Origin: Candidatus Aenigmatarchaeota archaeon
GTDB taxonomy: Archaea > Aenigmatarchaeota > Aenigmatarchaeia > Aenigmatarchaeales > DAIDAN01
Length of the DNA stretch: 64,000 bases
Assembly (NCBI GenBank): GCA_049303335.1
Contig: JBAQNA010000022.1
Location: 1,135-65,134 of the forward strand
Direction: 5' to 3'
The number at the start of each line of letters is the position of its first letter. The first letter of the stretch is position 1. The translations under genes and the position numbers were made by a program. Shown in pieces: positions 50,808 through 60,919 of the stretch. Below the pieces are notes generated by a model, which was not told the DNA's origin, ran no database searches, and saw only the letters and a program-made list of their open reading frames with translations.

Positions 50808-50976
50808 AATCCTGTTTTAATTTTTCAAAATCGCTTATGCCATACTTTCTTGCTAAGACTTTTTCATATGCTTTTATTGTTTCCTTAGAATAGCCTTTGT
50901 CCAAGCCTTCAAAATATTCTCTTGCAATGTCCCCCAACCCGCCAACGATGCCCATTTTCTTTTCTTCCCCTCGCAA
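50785..50976 (-). CDS. hypothetical small protein
   Basis: 63 aa; overlaps the primase 3' end. Confidence 0.2.
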   Translation of the reverse strand: MRGEEKKMGIVGGLGDIAREYFEGLDKGYSKETIKAYEKVLARKYGISDFEKLKQDFKTGLFD

Positions 50977-51024
50977 CCTTTTTCTTGAAAGATAATTTGC
51001 AAAGTACTAATGCGCCGGCACGCT

Positions 51025-51105
51025 TATAAACTTATCGCTTTCCGCGGCTTTGCTCCTAAACTCGGTTCTGCTCCTAATGTCGGAGTTTTGCTCCTAAAGT
51101 CGTTA
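51025..51105. repeat. triple tandem approximately 18-bp repeat (ttGCTCCTAAAnTCGG) preceded by the 16-mer CGCTTTCCGCGGCTTT; left boundary of the RM/IS island
   Basis: Reads ctttgctcctaaactcgg / ttctgctcctaatgtcgg / agttttgctcctaaagtcg. The 16-mer cgctttccgcggcttt recurs at about 57015. Confidence 0.5.
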
Positions 51106-51396
51106 GAGTTTTAATTTCGCTGGGTCAATACCAGCTTCCCTCATTCTTTTCAGTATTGCTTCTCTATCTATCGGCTTACCTTCTTTAAGCCGCTTTCTTA
51201 TTTCCTCTTTTGTTTTGTGGCAATTAGGGCAATCTTCCAGAACTTCATAGACTTCTTTTGATGTGTGATAGCCGCGAACCGCACCCATTGTTGCGGTGCG
51301 TGTTGTTTTCGTTGATATGACAGATGGCTTATGCCTAACCTTGATTTTAGCCTTCTCACAAAATGGGCAATCCATTAACAGTTCTTGTTCTAACAT
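51103..51396 (-). CDS. zinc-ribbon protein (CPFC ... CPNC)
   Basis: 97 aa; two CxxC pairs; basic residues. It is the first gene inside the island. Confidence 0.4.
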   Translation of the reverse strand: MLEQELLMDCPFCEKAKIKVRHKPSVISTKTTRTATMGAVRGYHTSKEVYEVLEDCPNCHKTKEEIRKRLKEGKPIDREAILKRMREAGIDPAKLKL

Positions 51397-51443
51397 AATT
51401 TTCTAATCAATTTTAAAGAATATAAGATTAATGAGCATGGCTT

Positions 51444-52385
51444 TTAGATATTTGAACTATAAGATAAGGATTTTATATAATCTTCCATAAATTTCCAGTC
51501 AGGGTCTCCTTTTTTATCTATAGGTAATTCTATTTCATCAAAATCTAATCTTTGCAGTCTTACTTGTCTACCAAAATTATATTTATATTGCAGTTCTTTT
51601 AGAATTGTTGCTAAAAATAAGCAAATATACTTATTGAGAGAAAGACTTTTTGGAATTAAAGTATGAACATTATCATCACTAAAATATTCATAATTATGAT
51701 AGAATACATTAAAAAACATATCAATTGTTAATTTATCTCTGAAAATCTTTTTACTGTCTTTAAATTCATCATAAGAAATATAATCAACAACCCCGTTATT
51801 TTCAGACGTTGCAGTAATTAGTGGGATTTTACCTTCTATTCTTTCTTCTTTTACCAATCTTTCACCTTTTTTAATGTTAAATAAATCAACAATCTTAAAA
51901 TTTTTCCAAGTTTTAACATTTAATTCAATTTTCTTAGAGATAATCGGTTCTTTTTTCAATTCATTGATTTTTAATGAATATATCCAAGAAGGAATTTTTT
52001 CTTTAGATGGAATTTCTAAATCTTTTAGTGTTTTATTAGCTTGTCTTCCATAAGAATATTTCCATGCATTTTGTTTTAAACACATACAATAATACCATAA
52101 TTCGCGTTCATTTAATTTTATTTTTGGTGTTAAGTATACTATATGAAACCCGCTATAATACGGTTCTTTTTGTAAAAAACTCGCCATCACAGAACCACCA
52201 CAAGAAACCGAAATAGTATTTGCAGGATTTGGCGTAATCCCTTCAATTAATTTGACTTTGCCAACAACACCATTATTTTTTTCAGTTCGGGCTACAAATG
52301 GAATACCATTAGAATCTTCTTCCATATTGGAAAATTCTAAATTAACACCATATTTTAAATTAAAATAGTCTTTTACTTTGACCAT
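51444..52385 (-). CDS. restriction-modification specificity subunit (HsdS/BcgIB-like, two short TRDs)
   Basis: Two repeated TRD-like halves (YFNLKYGVNLEF...IPFVARTEKNNGVVGKV and WKNFKIVDLFNIKKGERL...IPLITATSENNGVVDYI). 1-nt spacing to the upstream gene. Low GC. Confidence 0.65.
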   Translation of the reverse strand: MVKVKDYFNLKYGVNLEFSNMEEDSNGIPFVARTEKNNGVVGKVKLIEGITPNPANTISVSCGGSVMASFLQKEPYYSGFHIVYLTPKIKLNERELWYYCMCLKQNAWKYSYGRQANKTLKDLEIPSKEKIPSWIYSLKINELKKEPIISKKIELNVKTWKNFKIVDLFNIKKGERLVKEERIEGKIPLITATSENNGVVDYISYDEFKDSKKIFRDKLTIDMFFNVFYHNYEYFSDDNVHTLIPKSLSLNKYICLFLATILKELQYKYNFGRQVRLQRLDFDEIELPIDKKGDPDWKFMEDYIKSLSYSSNI

Positions 52386-54404
52386 TTAATCACCCGTATT
52401 TAAAAATTTAAAAGCAACAAAATCTTTTAATGTTTTCTCAAAATCTTTTTCATTTAATTTAGAATAATCTGTTTCCATATATGCTTCAACACACCATTCA
52501 TCATTGGCGGTTACATATTTCTTAACACTAAACCCTTCAATTTCTTCTTTATTTCTATAATTTTCTAACCAATATTTTTTTATTTCATTCCATTTATTTT
52601 TATAATCATCTCTTCCAGATTTTCTTTTTATAAATCCGTCATCTTTCCAATAACCAAAATAAGTCTTATAATTTGTTGGATGTTTTTCTTTTGCCTTAAA
52701 TACCATAATACAAGTATTAACCCCAACATTAGAGTTATGAAACAACTCTGTTGGCATAGAAAAAACGGCTTCCAGAGTATTTTCTCTTAACAATTTTTCT
52801 TTAAGTTCCAAACCGGTACCGCTTTGAGCTAAAGCACAGCTCATAGGAACAATAGCAATACATAAAGAACCCTTTTCAAGTAAATATAAATTATTTAATA
52901 CAAATTCTAACTCTTCTGGGTCAGTTTTAGTTGATTTGTATGGAGGATTAAGAAAGCCCGTATTAGGTTTAAATGTTTTTATTTTGTTAATTGTTTTTTC
53001 ATTGAAACATGAACCTTTAATCAAGTTACTTCTCCCATCTCCGTGAATAAACATATTAGAACATACCAAAGCAAAAATATCATGCTGAAACTCAACACCA
53101 ATTATTTGTTTATGTTTTATAATTTCTTCTTTCTTTGTATCTCCTGCGGCGTCCTCAATCATTTTTCTCATAGCACTTATCAGGAAACCCCCAGTTCCAC
53201 AGCAAGTATCTAAAACCACACTATCTTTATTTATATTGGCTATCTCCGAAAATAATTCGGTGATGTGTGGAGGAGTTAAAACAATTCCTAAACCCTTATC
53301 ATTATTAGCATATCTTAAAAATTCTATATAAAATTGTCCAAGAGTATCAAAATATTGATATGTTTTATTAAAATTATTTATCCTCAAATCTACTTCGGTT
53401 ATAATATCTCTTAATTCATTTTCTTCTTTTGAAAGTATTGTATGAGTTTTTATGAAACTGTATGTAGTTATAATATCAACTATATGTTCGTTTTGAACGT
53501 TTGTTAATTTATTTTTTATAGTATTGACAAGGCTTTCAGATAATTCTTTTGGTTTCTGAAATTTATAAGAATTACAAAAAGCTTTATCTTGTAATGCTAT
53601 AAGTATTCCGCTAATTAACAAACTCCTATTAGCTTCTGGAACTTTTATGGCGTGAAGTTTATCATTTAATATTTTTGAATATCTTAACAGTTCTTGAAAA
53701 TCTTGATTAAACTTCTTCTCATCTGATTTGTAGCCATTTATATAATCATACAAGGAAAAAAGTTTATCTTCTTTAAATATAGTATTTGCTTCTTTAACTC
53801 CTTTCAGTTGTAAAAAATGAGAAATTCTTATATTAGATTTTTCTTCTCCACTAATTGCTATAGACAAAACATCATACTCTTTAGAAAGAAAAGAAGAATA
53901 TAATAAAGCTCCATCAACAGCATAATCTTTATATTTATCTCCTTCTTTAGATTTATGATATTTTGTATTAGCTTTACATTCAACAACTATTATAAAATCT
54001 GGAATTTCTTTAAATTGAATTATAAATTCTGGGTAACCCTTCCCATTTCCACTTTTTGAAGCATTTTTTAATAATTTATCAATCTTTATATTTTTAGTGG
54101 CTTGTTCTTCAAATATTATGCTGTTAAACATCCCATCATTCTTAAAATGAGTTCTTACAAAGTCTTCAGTAATTCTTTCGTTTCTCATTTTTTCCCCCTC
54201 TTTAGATACTCTTCTATTGAGATTTGTATGACTTTCGACCTGTCTGTTGGGGCTGGTTTTGTTTGAGAACAATATTCGTCTAATTCTTTTAGAACTTGTT
54301 TGCTTATAGAAATAGTTGCCCTTGCCTTTACAACTTCTTTTTTCATGTAATAATTGAGAAGATTGTGACTTATAATCTTTAGTATGATTAGTATTACTTC
54401 TCAT
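52386..54404 (-). CDS. Type IIB/IIG restriction-modification enzyme A subunit (N-terminal PD-(D/E)xK nuclease plus gamma-class N6-adenine methyltransferase, BcgIA-like)
   Basis: Motif IV FLNPPYKS (NPPY) and motif I LDTCCGTGGFLISA. The N-terminus has PDFIIVVECK, a nuclease (E)xK-like pattern. Together with the 313-aa S subunit this matches BcgI A/B architecture. Confidence 0.7.
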   Translation of the reverse strand: MRSNTNHTKDYKSQSSQLLHEKRSCKGKGNYFYKQTSSKRIRRILFSNKTSPNRQVESHTNLNRRVSKEGEKMRNERITEDFVRTHFKNDGMFNSIIFEEQATKNIKIDKLLKNASKSGNGKGYPEFIIQFKEIPDFIIVVECKANTKYHKSKEGDKYKDYAVDGALLYSSFLSKEYDVLSIAISGEEKSNIRISHFLQLKGVKEANTIFKEDKLFSLYDYINGYKSDEKKFNQDFQELLRYSKILNDKLHAIKVPEANRSLLISGILIALQDKAFCNSYKFQKPKELSESLVNTIKNKLTNVQNEHIVDIITTYSFIKTHTILSKEENELRDIITEVDLRINNFNKTYQYFDTLGQFYIEFLRYANNDKGLGIVLTPPHITELFSEIANINKDSVVLDTCCGTGGFLISAMRKMIEDAAGDTKKEEIIKHKQIIGVEFQHDIFALVCSNMFIHGDGRSNLIKGSCFNEKTINKIKTFKPNTGFLNPPYKSTKTDPEELEFVLNNLYLLEKGSLCIAIVPMSCALAQSGTGLELKEKLLRENTLEAVFSMPTELFHNSNVGVNTCIMVFKAKEKHPTNYKTYFGYWKDDGFIKRKSGRDDYKNKWNEIKKYWLENYRNKEEIEGFSVKKYVTANDEWCVEAYMETDYSKLNEKDFEKTLKDFVAFKFLNTGD

Positions 54405-54494
54405 ACTAATACATATTGTATCATACTATTAATACTAATCATACTATATATTTTCGCAGAAATTCTTATCTTAAAAACTTTTCAGAAATACAAC

Positions 54495-54644
54495 TCACGC
54501 TTTTTTCTTCATCTCCTCGTCTATCTTTTTCTGGACGAAGTGGGAGAGGTTGATGTAGTGGTCTTCTATATATTTGGCTTGATGAGGGAATAATGTTATG
54601 TTCTTTTTGACCGCCTTTTCTTCCTCTTTTTTCTTCTTTGTCAT
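54495..54644 (-). CDS. small basic protein (possible RHH/regulator) adjacent to the transposase
   Basis: MTKKKKEEEKAVKKNITLFPHQAKYIEDHYINLSHFVQKKIDEEMKKKA. The upstream extension in the ORF track is a Tyr/Thr low-complexity artefact of TA-rich repeats. Confidence 0.25.
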   Translation of the reverse strand: MTKKKKEEEKAVKKNITLFPHQAKYIEDHYINLSHFVQKKIDEEMKKKA

Positions 54645-54760
54645 ATTATACGTATAATAGGTATGAGTATATATACTTGTGTATGTATACATATAATACG
54701 TATTATGTGTATAATAGAAATACAGAAACATAACAATCAAAAAACAAAAGAGGCGATTTA

Positions 54761-55972
54761 ATGCAAAACCAAAATTCAGCTAACATGACAAGAGAGCAGA
54801 AAGGATTAGAGATAGCAAAAACTTCCCAAATAACAAAGAATGAAAAGGGATATTGGAAAGTGCCAAGCCAGTCGGGGCATGGCTACTATCTTGTGAATCT
54901 TAACAAGCATGAGCCAGAATGTTCTTGCCCAGACTGCGAATTAAGAAAGCTGAAATGCAAGCACATTTTCGCGGTAGAATTTTATCTGAAAAGGGAAATT
55001 GACAGCACGGGCAACATGACAGAAACAAAGGCAGTAAAGATAACTTATTCGCAGAATTGGGAAGCATACAACAAAGCACAAACAAGCGAGTTAAGGCTCT
55101 TTGATGTTCTGCTTAAAGACTTGGTTAATGATGTGGAAGAGCCAAAACAGCACATGGGAAGAAAGAGATTAGACATTAAGGATACCATGTTTTGCGCAAT
55201 ACAAAAAGTCTATTCCCAGCTTTCAAGCAGAAGGGCATACTCGCTTTATGCAAACGCAAAAGAAAAGGAAAAGATAAAGAACGCTCCGAATTTCAACGCA
55301 ATAAACAAGTTCCTTAACCGCGAGGATATAACGCCGATACTACACAATTTGCTGACATTAACGGCTTTGCCTCTAAAAAGCGTGGAAACGACTTTTGCCC
55401 CAGACAGTTCTGGTTTCAGAACCACACAATTTAACGAATACTGCAAAGAAAAGCATGGCACGGACAAATATCATATATGGGTAAAGGCGCATATCCTTGT
55501 CGGGACTAAAACAAATATCGTGGCGAGTGCAAGAATAACCGAAGGGGAAAGTGCTGATTGTCCGCAGTTCGCACCTATGGTTAATGAAGCCCATGACAAC
55601 GGCTTTGAGATAAAAGAGATAACAGCGGACAAGGCTTATTCAAGCCGTGATAACTACTCTTTGGCTCAAAGCATAGGAGCAACCGCCTTTATCCCTTTTA
55701 AATCAAACGCTACGGGAAAATCAAGAGGCTCTATGATTTGGGGGCAGATGTATCACTACTTCATGTATAGGCATGATGAGTTTATGCAACACTACCACCA
55801 GCGAAGTAATGTAGAAAGTGCCTTCAACATGATTAAGGCGAAATTCGGCGACAAGTTAAGAAGCAAAAATTATGTGGCACAACAAAATGAACTTTTATGC
55901 AAACTGATAGCCCACAATATCGTTGTGCTGATACATGAGATACACGAACTCGGGATAAAGCCCGAGTTCTGA
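54761..55972 (+). mobile_element. IS4/IS5-like DDE transposase with N-terminal SWIM zinc finger (IS element ORF)
   Basis: SWIM CSCPDCELRKLKCKHIFAV. DDE region ...ADKAYSSRDN... and the C-terminal YHQRSNVESAFNMIKAKFG (conserved E) are typical of DDE_Tnp_1. TA-rich imperfect repeats lie upstream at 54400-54760. Confidence 0.7.
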
Positions 55973-56042
55973 AAGGCATTTTTAAATTATATACTCTAAA
56001 CTATATATTACATTATAAAAACTGTCTTAATACGGCGAACAT

Positions 56043-56387
56043 ATGGTTTATAAAGCTTTAAAAGGGTTAGATTCTAAACGAAAGTATAAATTAAGTATAG
56101 TCAAGGTTTTAAAGATGCAAACACCAGAACAAATAGAGAAACTCACAAAGAGTATTGATATTGAATTAGTAAATTCTGAAGATTTAAGAGCTGATATTAG
56201 AGATGGTTGGGATTTACCAGCTACTGGATTGGTTATAAAAAAAACAACAAGAAATTCTCCAGGAATGCCAGATTATACTTTTATAGGAGTAGATGGCACT
56301 GCTTTTATAAAAAACATTGAAGCTTTAGCTTCTAAAATTAATGTTGCAAAGCTTTGCGAGGATTTACGTAAAGAATTAATAAAATGA
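56043..56387 (+). CDS. hypothetical protein (island cargo)
   Basis: 114 aa, low GC. Confidence 0.3.
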   Translation: MVYKALKGLDSKRKYKLSIVKVLKMQTPEQIEKLTKSIDIELVNSEDLRADIRDGWDLPATGLVIKKTTRNSPGMPDYTFIGVDGTAFIKNIEALASKINVAKLCEDLRKELIK

Positions 56388-56419
56388 TACTCTTATTCTC
56401 ATTATTTTGAAGTGATACT

Positions 56420-56938
56420 GTGTTTATCTTTATTATTTCTCCAGATATTTTGATAGACTTATTACACGGGGGAGAAACTGAAAGAATTTTTACTGTATTG
56501 GCTGCATTAGAAAGGCGTAGAAATTGCACGACAGAAACGAAGAAATTTAGATGTTTTGTTCCGCAAAATATTCATAATAAGGTTTTAGTTTTAAGAGCTA
56601 TGAATGTTATGAGTGATGCAATGGATGACACAACAAATATGATTTTCAAAAACGAATTGGAATATATATCAACCGTTTTTTTCGGTTTGGAAAAATCAGA
56701 GGATGGCATTCCAAGCACTTCAGATGCATATTATATATCAACAATAGAACTTGCAAGAGACTTTTCTGATAAAGCAAATGTCGAAGTCTTTATTGTATCA
56801 TCAGAGCATGATAAGGTTACAACAGCAATTAAAACCATTTCAGCAGAACTTACACAATGGATGAAAGCTCATAAAATTGGAAATTTATCATTTACGAGCA
56901 TTGATATCAGCGAAACAATTCTTAAGATGCAAAGTTAA
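56420..56938 (+). CDS. hypothetical protein (island cargo)
   Basis: 172 aa, low GC, no motif recognised. Confidence 0.3.
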   Translation: MFIFIISPDILIDLLHGGETERIFTVLAALERRRNCTTETKKFRCFVPQNIHNKVLVLRAMNVMSDAMDDTTNMIFKNELEYISTVFFGLEKSEDGIPSTSDAYYISTIELARDFSDKANVEVFIVSSEHDKVTTAIKTISAELTQWMKAHKIGNLSFTSIDISETILKMQS

Positions 56939-56949
56939 AAAGTAATTAT

Positions 56950-57045
56950 TCTGCACCTAAAGTCCGAAATCTGCACTTTTAGTCGTGGTTTTTGGCTACT
57001 TTAAGTGCAAAGCCGCTTTCCGCGGCTTTTGCCGCTTTGCAAAAG
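56950..57045. repeat. right-boundary repeat array (ctgcacctaaagtccg / ctgcacttttagtcgtgg / ...) ending with the 16-mer CGCTTTCCGCGGCTTT
   Basis: Shares the exact 16-mer cgctttccgcggcttt and a tgcNcctaaagtcCg unit with the 51025-51105 array. Confidence 0.5.
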
Positions 57046-57074
57046 ATTATAAAATCGCGAGTTCAACTGATATT

Positions 57075-58754
57075 ATGAAAAAATCCGAAAGCGGAAGTAC
57101 CAGCCAGATAAAAACGGAAATCGAGAAAGCGCTTGAGAAAGCCGTCGGCAAGAAGCTCGCGCTGCAGGAAGCCGCGGAAGGCCACGGCGATTTTGCGCTG
57201 CCCTGCTTCGAGCTCGCGCGCGAGCTGCGAAAAAGTCCGCAGGCGATAGCCGAGGATTTTGCAAAAAAGATAAAAATGCCGAGCGCGGCGGTGAAAGCCG
57301 AAGGCGGATATTTGAACTTTTACATCGATTGGAAAATTTTCGGGCAGGAACTTCTGGAAAGCGTCGGCGAGAAATACGGCTCGGGAAACGGCGGAAAAAA
57401 GATTCTCATTGACACATTTCAGCCAAATCCGTTCAAGGCTGTCCATATCGGGCACTTAAGGAACGGCTCGGTGGGCGACAGCATAAGAAGGATACTGGAA
57501 TTCGAGGGAAACAAAGTTTCGACGGTCAGCTTTATGGGCGACGTGGGCGCGCATATAGCGAAATGGCTTTGGTATTACAACAAGTTCCACAACGGTAAAG
57601 TTCCGGAAAAAAACGTCAGCAAATGGGCGGGGGAAATCTATGCGACAGCGACAAAAAAAATGGAGGAAATGGAAGAATACGAGAAAGAGGTGAAGGAAGT
57701 AAACAAAAAGCTGGACGGCAGGGAGCCGAAACTCACAAAGCAGTGGAAAGAACTAAGGGATGTTTTCTTTCAGGATTTTCTGAGAATAGCGAAAGAGCTC
57801 GGCCTGAGGCTTGACGATTACATACCGGAAAGCGTGTCCGAGGAGCCGGGAAAAAAACTGGTGATGAAGTTTTTCAGTGAAGGCAGGCTGAAGAAAAGCG
57901 ACGGCGCGATTGTAATCGACTTGGAAAAATGCGGACTCGGCGTTTTTATCCTGCTGAAGAGCGACGGCACCGCGCTTTATTCGACGAAGGATTTCGGGCT
58001 GTTCGAGCTGAAAAGGAAGAAGTTCAAGTTTGACAAGTCACTGTATGTTGTCGCGTCCGAGCAGGATTTTTATTTCAGGCAGCTTTTCAAGGCTTTCGAG
58101 TTTTTGGAAATGCCCGGCTGGGAAAAATGCTTTCACGTGTCCCACGGAATCGTGAAGTTGCAGGAGGGAAAAATGTCCTCGCGGCTCGGCACGGTTGTGC
58201 TCTACGAGGACCTGCGGGACGAGGCGATAAAAAGGGTTCTGAAAATTATAGAGGAAAAAAATCCGGAGCTGCCGAATAAAGAAGCGGTTGCGAAGAAAAT
58301 AGCGCTTGGGGCGCTGAAGTTCGCGATGCTTTTCGTTGAAAACTCGCGCGACATAGTTTTCGACTGGGAACGCGTGCTCGACTTTGAGGGAAGAAGCGGG
58401 CCGTATCTGCAGTACACTTATGCGAGGGCTTGCGGAATATTGCGGGACGCGTCCCTGCCGAAGAAATTCGACGCGAAGCTGCTCGCGGACGATGCCGAAG
58501 TGGCGCTAATGAAAAAGATTGCGCAGTTCCCGAACGCCGTAGCGGACGCAGCGAAGGATTATTCGCCGCACATAATCGCAAACTATGACATAGAGCTCGC
58601 GCAGGCTTTCAACACTTTCTACAACAAGCTGTCCGTGCTGAAAGCGGAAAGCAAGGAACTGCGCGATGCGAGGCTGAAGATTGTTGACGCGGCGAGAACC
58701 GTGCTGAAAAGCGGGCTGCAGCTGCTCGGGATTGACGCGCTCGAGAGGATGTAA
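57075..58754 (+). CDS. argS: arginine--tRNA ligase
   Basis: HIGH motif PFKAVHIGHLRNGSVGD; class-I Rossmann fold; KMSK-like GKMSSRLG; C-terminal DALR anticodon-binding region. Start set at 57075; the ORF-track N-terminal extension reads through the repeat array. Confidence 0.9.
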   Translation: MKKSESGSTSQIKTEIEKALEKAVGKKLALQEAAEGHGDFALPCFELARELRKSPQAIAEDFAKKIKMPSAAVKAEGGYLNFYIDWKIFGQELLESVGEKYGSGNGGKKILIDTFQPNPFKAVHIGHLRNGSVGDSIRRILEFEGNKVSTVSFMGDVGAHIAKWLWYYNKFHNGKVPEKNVSKWAGEIYATATKKMEEMEEYEKEVKEVNKKLDGREPKLTKQWKELRDVFFQDFLRIAKELGLRLDDYIPESVSEEPGKKLVMKFFSEGRLKKSDGAIVIDLEKCGLGVFILLKSDGTALYSTKDFGLFELKRKKFKFDKSLYVVASEQDFYFRQLFKAFEFLEMPGWEKCFHVSHGIVKLQEGKMSSRLGTVVLYEDLRDEAIKRVLKIIEEKNPELPNKEAVAKKIALGALKFAMLFVENSRDIVFDWERVLDFEGRSGPYLQYTYARACGILRDASLPKKFDAKLLADDAEVALMKKIAQFPNAVADAAKDYSPHIIANYDIELAQAFNTFYNKLSVLKAESKELRDARLKIVDAARTVLKSGLQLLGIDALERM

Positions 58755-58785
58755 AAGATTTAAATAGTATAGCTACAATTACATT

Positions 58786-59037
58786 TTGCGAGATGTGACA
58801 ATTATGGCAACAAACGTAAAAATCAGGGAGCTTCTCGGAAAGCCGATCATTTCGGACAGCGGAAGGAAGTTCGGAATTGTCGGCGACGTGGAATTTATCA
58901 CGGAATCCGGCGAGCTGATGAGCGTGAAAATCGTGGAATCGGGCGCGAAGGGAAAGGATGGCGACAAGAAAATACCTTTTTCCGCGGTAAAGAGCGTAGG
59001 CGACTTCGTGGTAATCTCGGAGAAGGATTTGGAATAG
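58786..59037 (+). CDS. PRC-barrel domain protein
   Basis: LLGKPIISDSGRKFGIVGDVEFITESGELMSVKI is the PRC-barrel pattern. Confidence 0.45.
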   Translation: MRDVTIMATNVKIRELLGKPIISDSGRKFGIVGDVEFITESGELMSVKIVESGAKGKDGDKKIPFSAVKSVGDFVVISEKDLE

Positions 59038-59084
59038 AATATTTTCAAAATACTAATCCTGTTTGTTTAAATAATTTTCTAAAA

Positions 59085-59735
59085 TTAAAGTTCCAGACTT
59101 TTCCACAAAATACGGCATGCATATGTGCGATATGGTGACCACTTCTTTGCGATTTCTTCAATCTCGTTTTTTGCGGCATCCTTGTCCAGCGAGTATAATT
59201 TTACTATTGCCTTTCTGAGGCCGAGGTCGCCGTGCGAAAACACATCCTCCCTTCCGAGCGTGAACATAAGGAACATTTGCGCGGTCCAAGGCCCGATTCC
59301 TTTCACTTGCATTAGCTTTTCAGCCGCCTGCGAATCATCCAGACGCTTTATGCTTTTTAAATCCAGTGTGCCGTCCGCGACTTTCTGCGCAAGGTCTTTG
59401 ACGAAGCCTGCCTTCGACCAGGAAGCGCCGGCGTTCCGTATCGCCTCTTCGGACAATTTGAGCGCGTATTCCGGCGTAATCTTTCCGTTTGGAAAGAGAT
59501 TTTCAAACCTGCCGAAAATCGTGCGCGCCGCATTTTTTGCAAGCTGCTGGCCGATGATTTCGTAGCACAATGAGCGGAAATATTCGCTTGTCTTGCGGAG
59601 CTCTATCGGCTCGATGACAACCTTTTTCGCAATGGAGAAAAGAACCTTGTCCTTTTTCTGAAAATGAGCGAGCGCCGCGCGAATTCTCGGATTCATAATT
59701 CTCATTGTACTGCGATTTATAAAAAGTTTCTTCAA
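59085..59735 (-). CDS. HhH-GPD superfamily DNA glycosylase (AlkA/3-methyladenine DNA glycosylase II-like)
   Basis: Helix-hairpin-helix LMQVKGIGPWTAQMFLMFTLGREDVFSHGDLGLRKA with the catalytic Asp position. Confidence 0.65.
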   Translation of the reverse strand: MKKLFINRSTMRIMNPRIRAALAHFQKKDKVLFSIAKKVVIEPIELRKTSEYFRSLCYEIIGQQLAKNAARTIFGRFENLFPNGKITPEYALKLSEEAIRNAGASWSKAGFVKDLAQKVADGTLDLKSIKRLDDSQAAEKLMQVKGIGPWTAQMFLMFTLGREDVFSHGDLGLRKAIVKLYSLDKDAAKNEIEEIAKKWSPYRTYACRILWKSLEL

Positions 59736-59740
59736 AGAAT

Positions 59741-60919
59741 TTATGCTGCAGCGATGGCAGGTCTCTTGACGCGATAATCCGGAAGCCGATTTAGCAAGCC
59801 GCCTTCCATATTCTCCATTATTGCGCTCGCGATGGAATATTCCATTTGATCTTTTTCTTTATCGCTCAATTCAGGAATGCCCAGTTCTGTCATTCCTTCA
59901 CTTCCGATTTTCGGGCAAAGTCCTGTCCAGACGTATTTAAACGGCAAATCTTCAACGTCTTTCGGTTTTATTATCTTGCTATTTTCGGCCATTTTATACA
60001 AATGTCCGTGAACATTATCTTTGCTCAAACCCAAGCCGGACAGGTCGCGGTCTATCCTTAACGGCGCCAAGATAGGAACATTCTCCAGCGAATTATTCAC
60101 AACCGGTATGACTAAATCAAGGAGAACGTCAGCGCCAACAGAAGGACCTGCCCCCTCGAGATGCTCATTGTATAATGCTCCCATTTTTCTTACTTCATTG
60201 CAGATTTGATTAACATTTTCTCCCCCCAACACTTCTTTGATCGGTTCCCCTCCGACGGTGCTGCAGTCCATTGCATGAACCATGGTATCATCATGCCCTC
60301 CGCACACGCCTTTGAAAGCAATGTCATATCTTGAATATTTTCCTTTCAAGTCAGGGTCGTTATCAATAAAGTCGCATATGGTCCCTTCAGTCCTCATCCA
60401 ATCCAGTCCGGCGCCGAATGAAAATATATTGTTCGGATTTGCTTCTTTTCCATATGCTTCCTCCATCCGCTCAAGCACATAAGGGCTGAGGCAGCCTACG
60501 CCGTTTACAAGGTTTCCTATCTTAGAATTTTTCAGCGAAATGTTATGATTCGGACAGTATTCCGTAATAAATTTCTTAATAGGTATGGAATTGTCTTTTG
60601 ACATTTTGCTTCTGGTCTCTCCAGGCAGCCTTTGGCGCCCCGTTGTTATTATTGTGATGTCCGGGTTTGGAACATTATCCGGGCCCGAATAAACGCGATA
60701 TTCTCTTCCAAGCGCCCTTCCGCTGTCCCTGAACTCTTTCGCCAGAAGCTCCGCTTTTCTTCTTTCCGGCTCCCCATGTTTCGGCTCCTTTGTATCCAAT
60801 AAATATATTTCTACATCTTCCTTCAGCATGTCAGGATTGGACAAGATAGTTCCTACTATATGCGTGGCAGTCTTTCCAACGCCGGCTATTGCGATATGAA
60901 CACTTGGCATACAAATCAT
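59741..60919 (-). CDS. lactate/malate dehydrogenase-family NAD-dependent oxidoreductase (long variant)
   Basis: Rossmann HIAIAGVGKTATHIVG; substrate-loop ITTGRQRLPGETR (compare ITAGxxRKPGMTR); catalytic His block GVCGGHDDTMVHAMDCSTVGGEPI (compare IGGHGDTMVPL...GG). 392 aa, with insertions. Confidence 0.55.
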   Translation of the reverse strand: MICMPSVHIAIAGVGKTATHIVGTILSNPDMLKEDVEIYLLDTKEPKHGEPERRKAELLAKEFRDSGRALGREYRVYSGPDNVPNPDITIITTGRQRLPGETRSKMSKDNSIPIKKFITEYCPNHNISLKNSKIGNLVNGVGCLSPYVLERMEEAYGKEANPNNIFSFGAGLDWMRTEGTICDFIDNDPDLKGKYSRYDIAFKGVCGGHDDTMVHAMDCSTVGGEPIKEVLGGENVNQICNEVRKMGALYNEHLEGAGPSVGADVLLDLVIPVVNNSLENVPILAPLRIDRDLSGLGLSKDNVHGHLYKMAENSKIIKPKDVEDLPFKYVWTGLCPKIGSEGMTELGIPELSDKEKDQMEYSIASAIMENMEGGLLNRLPDYRVKRPAIAAA

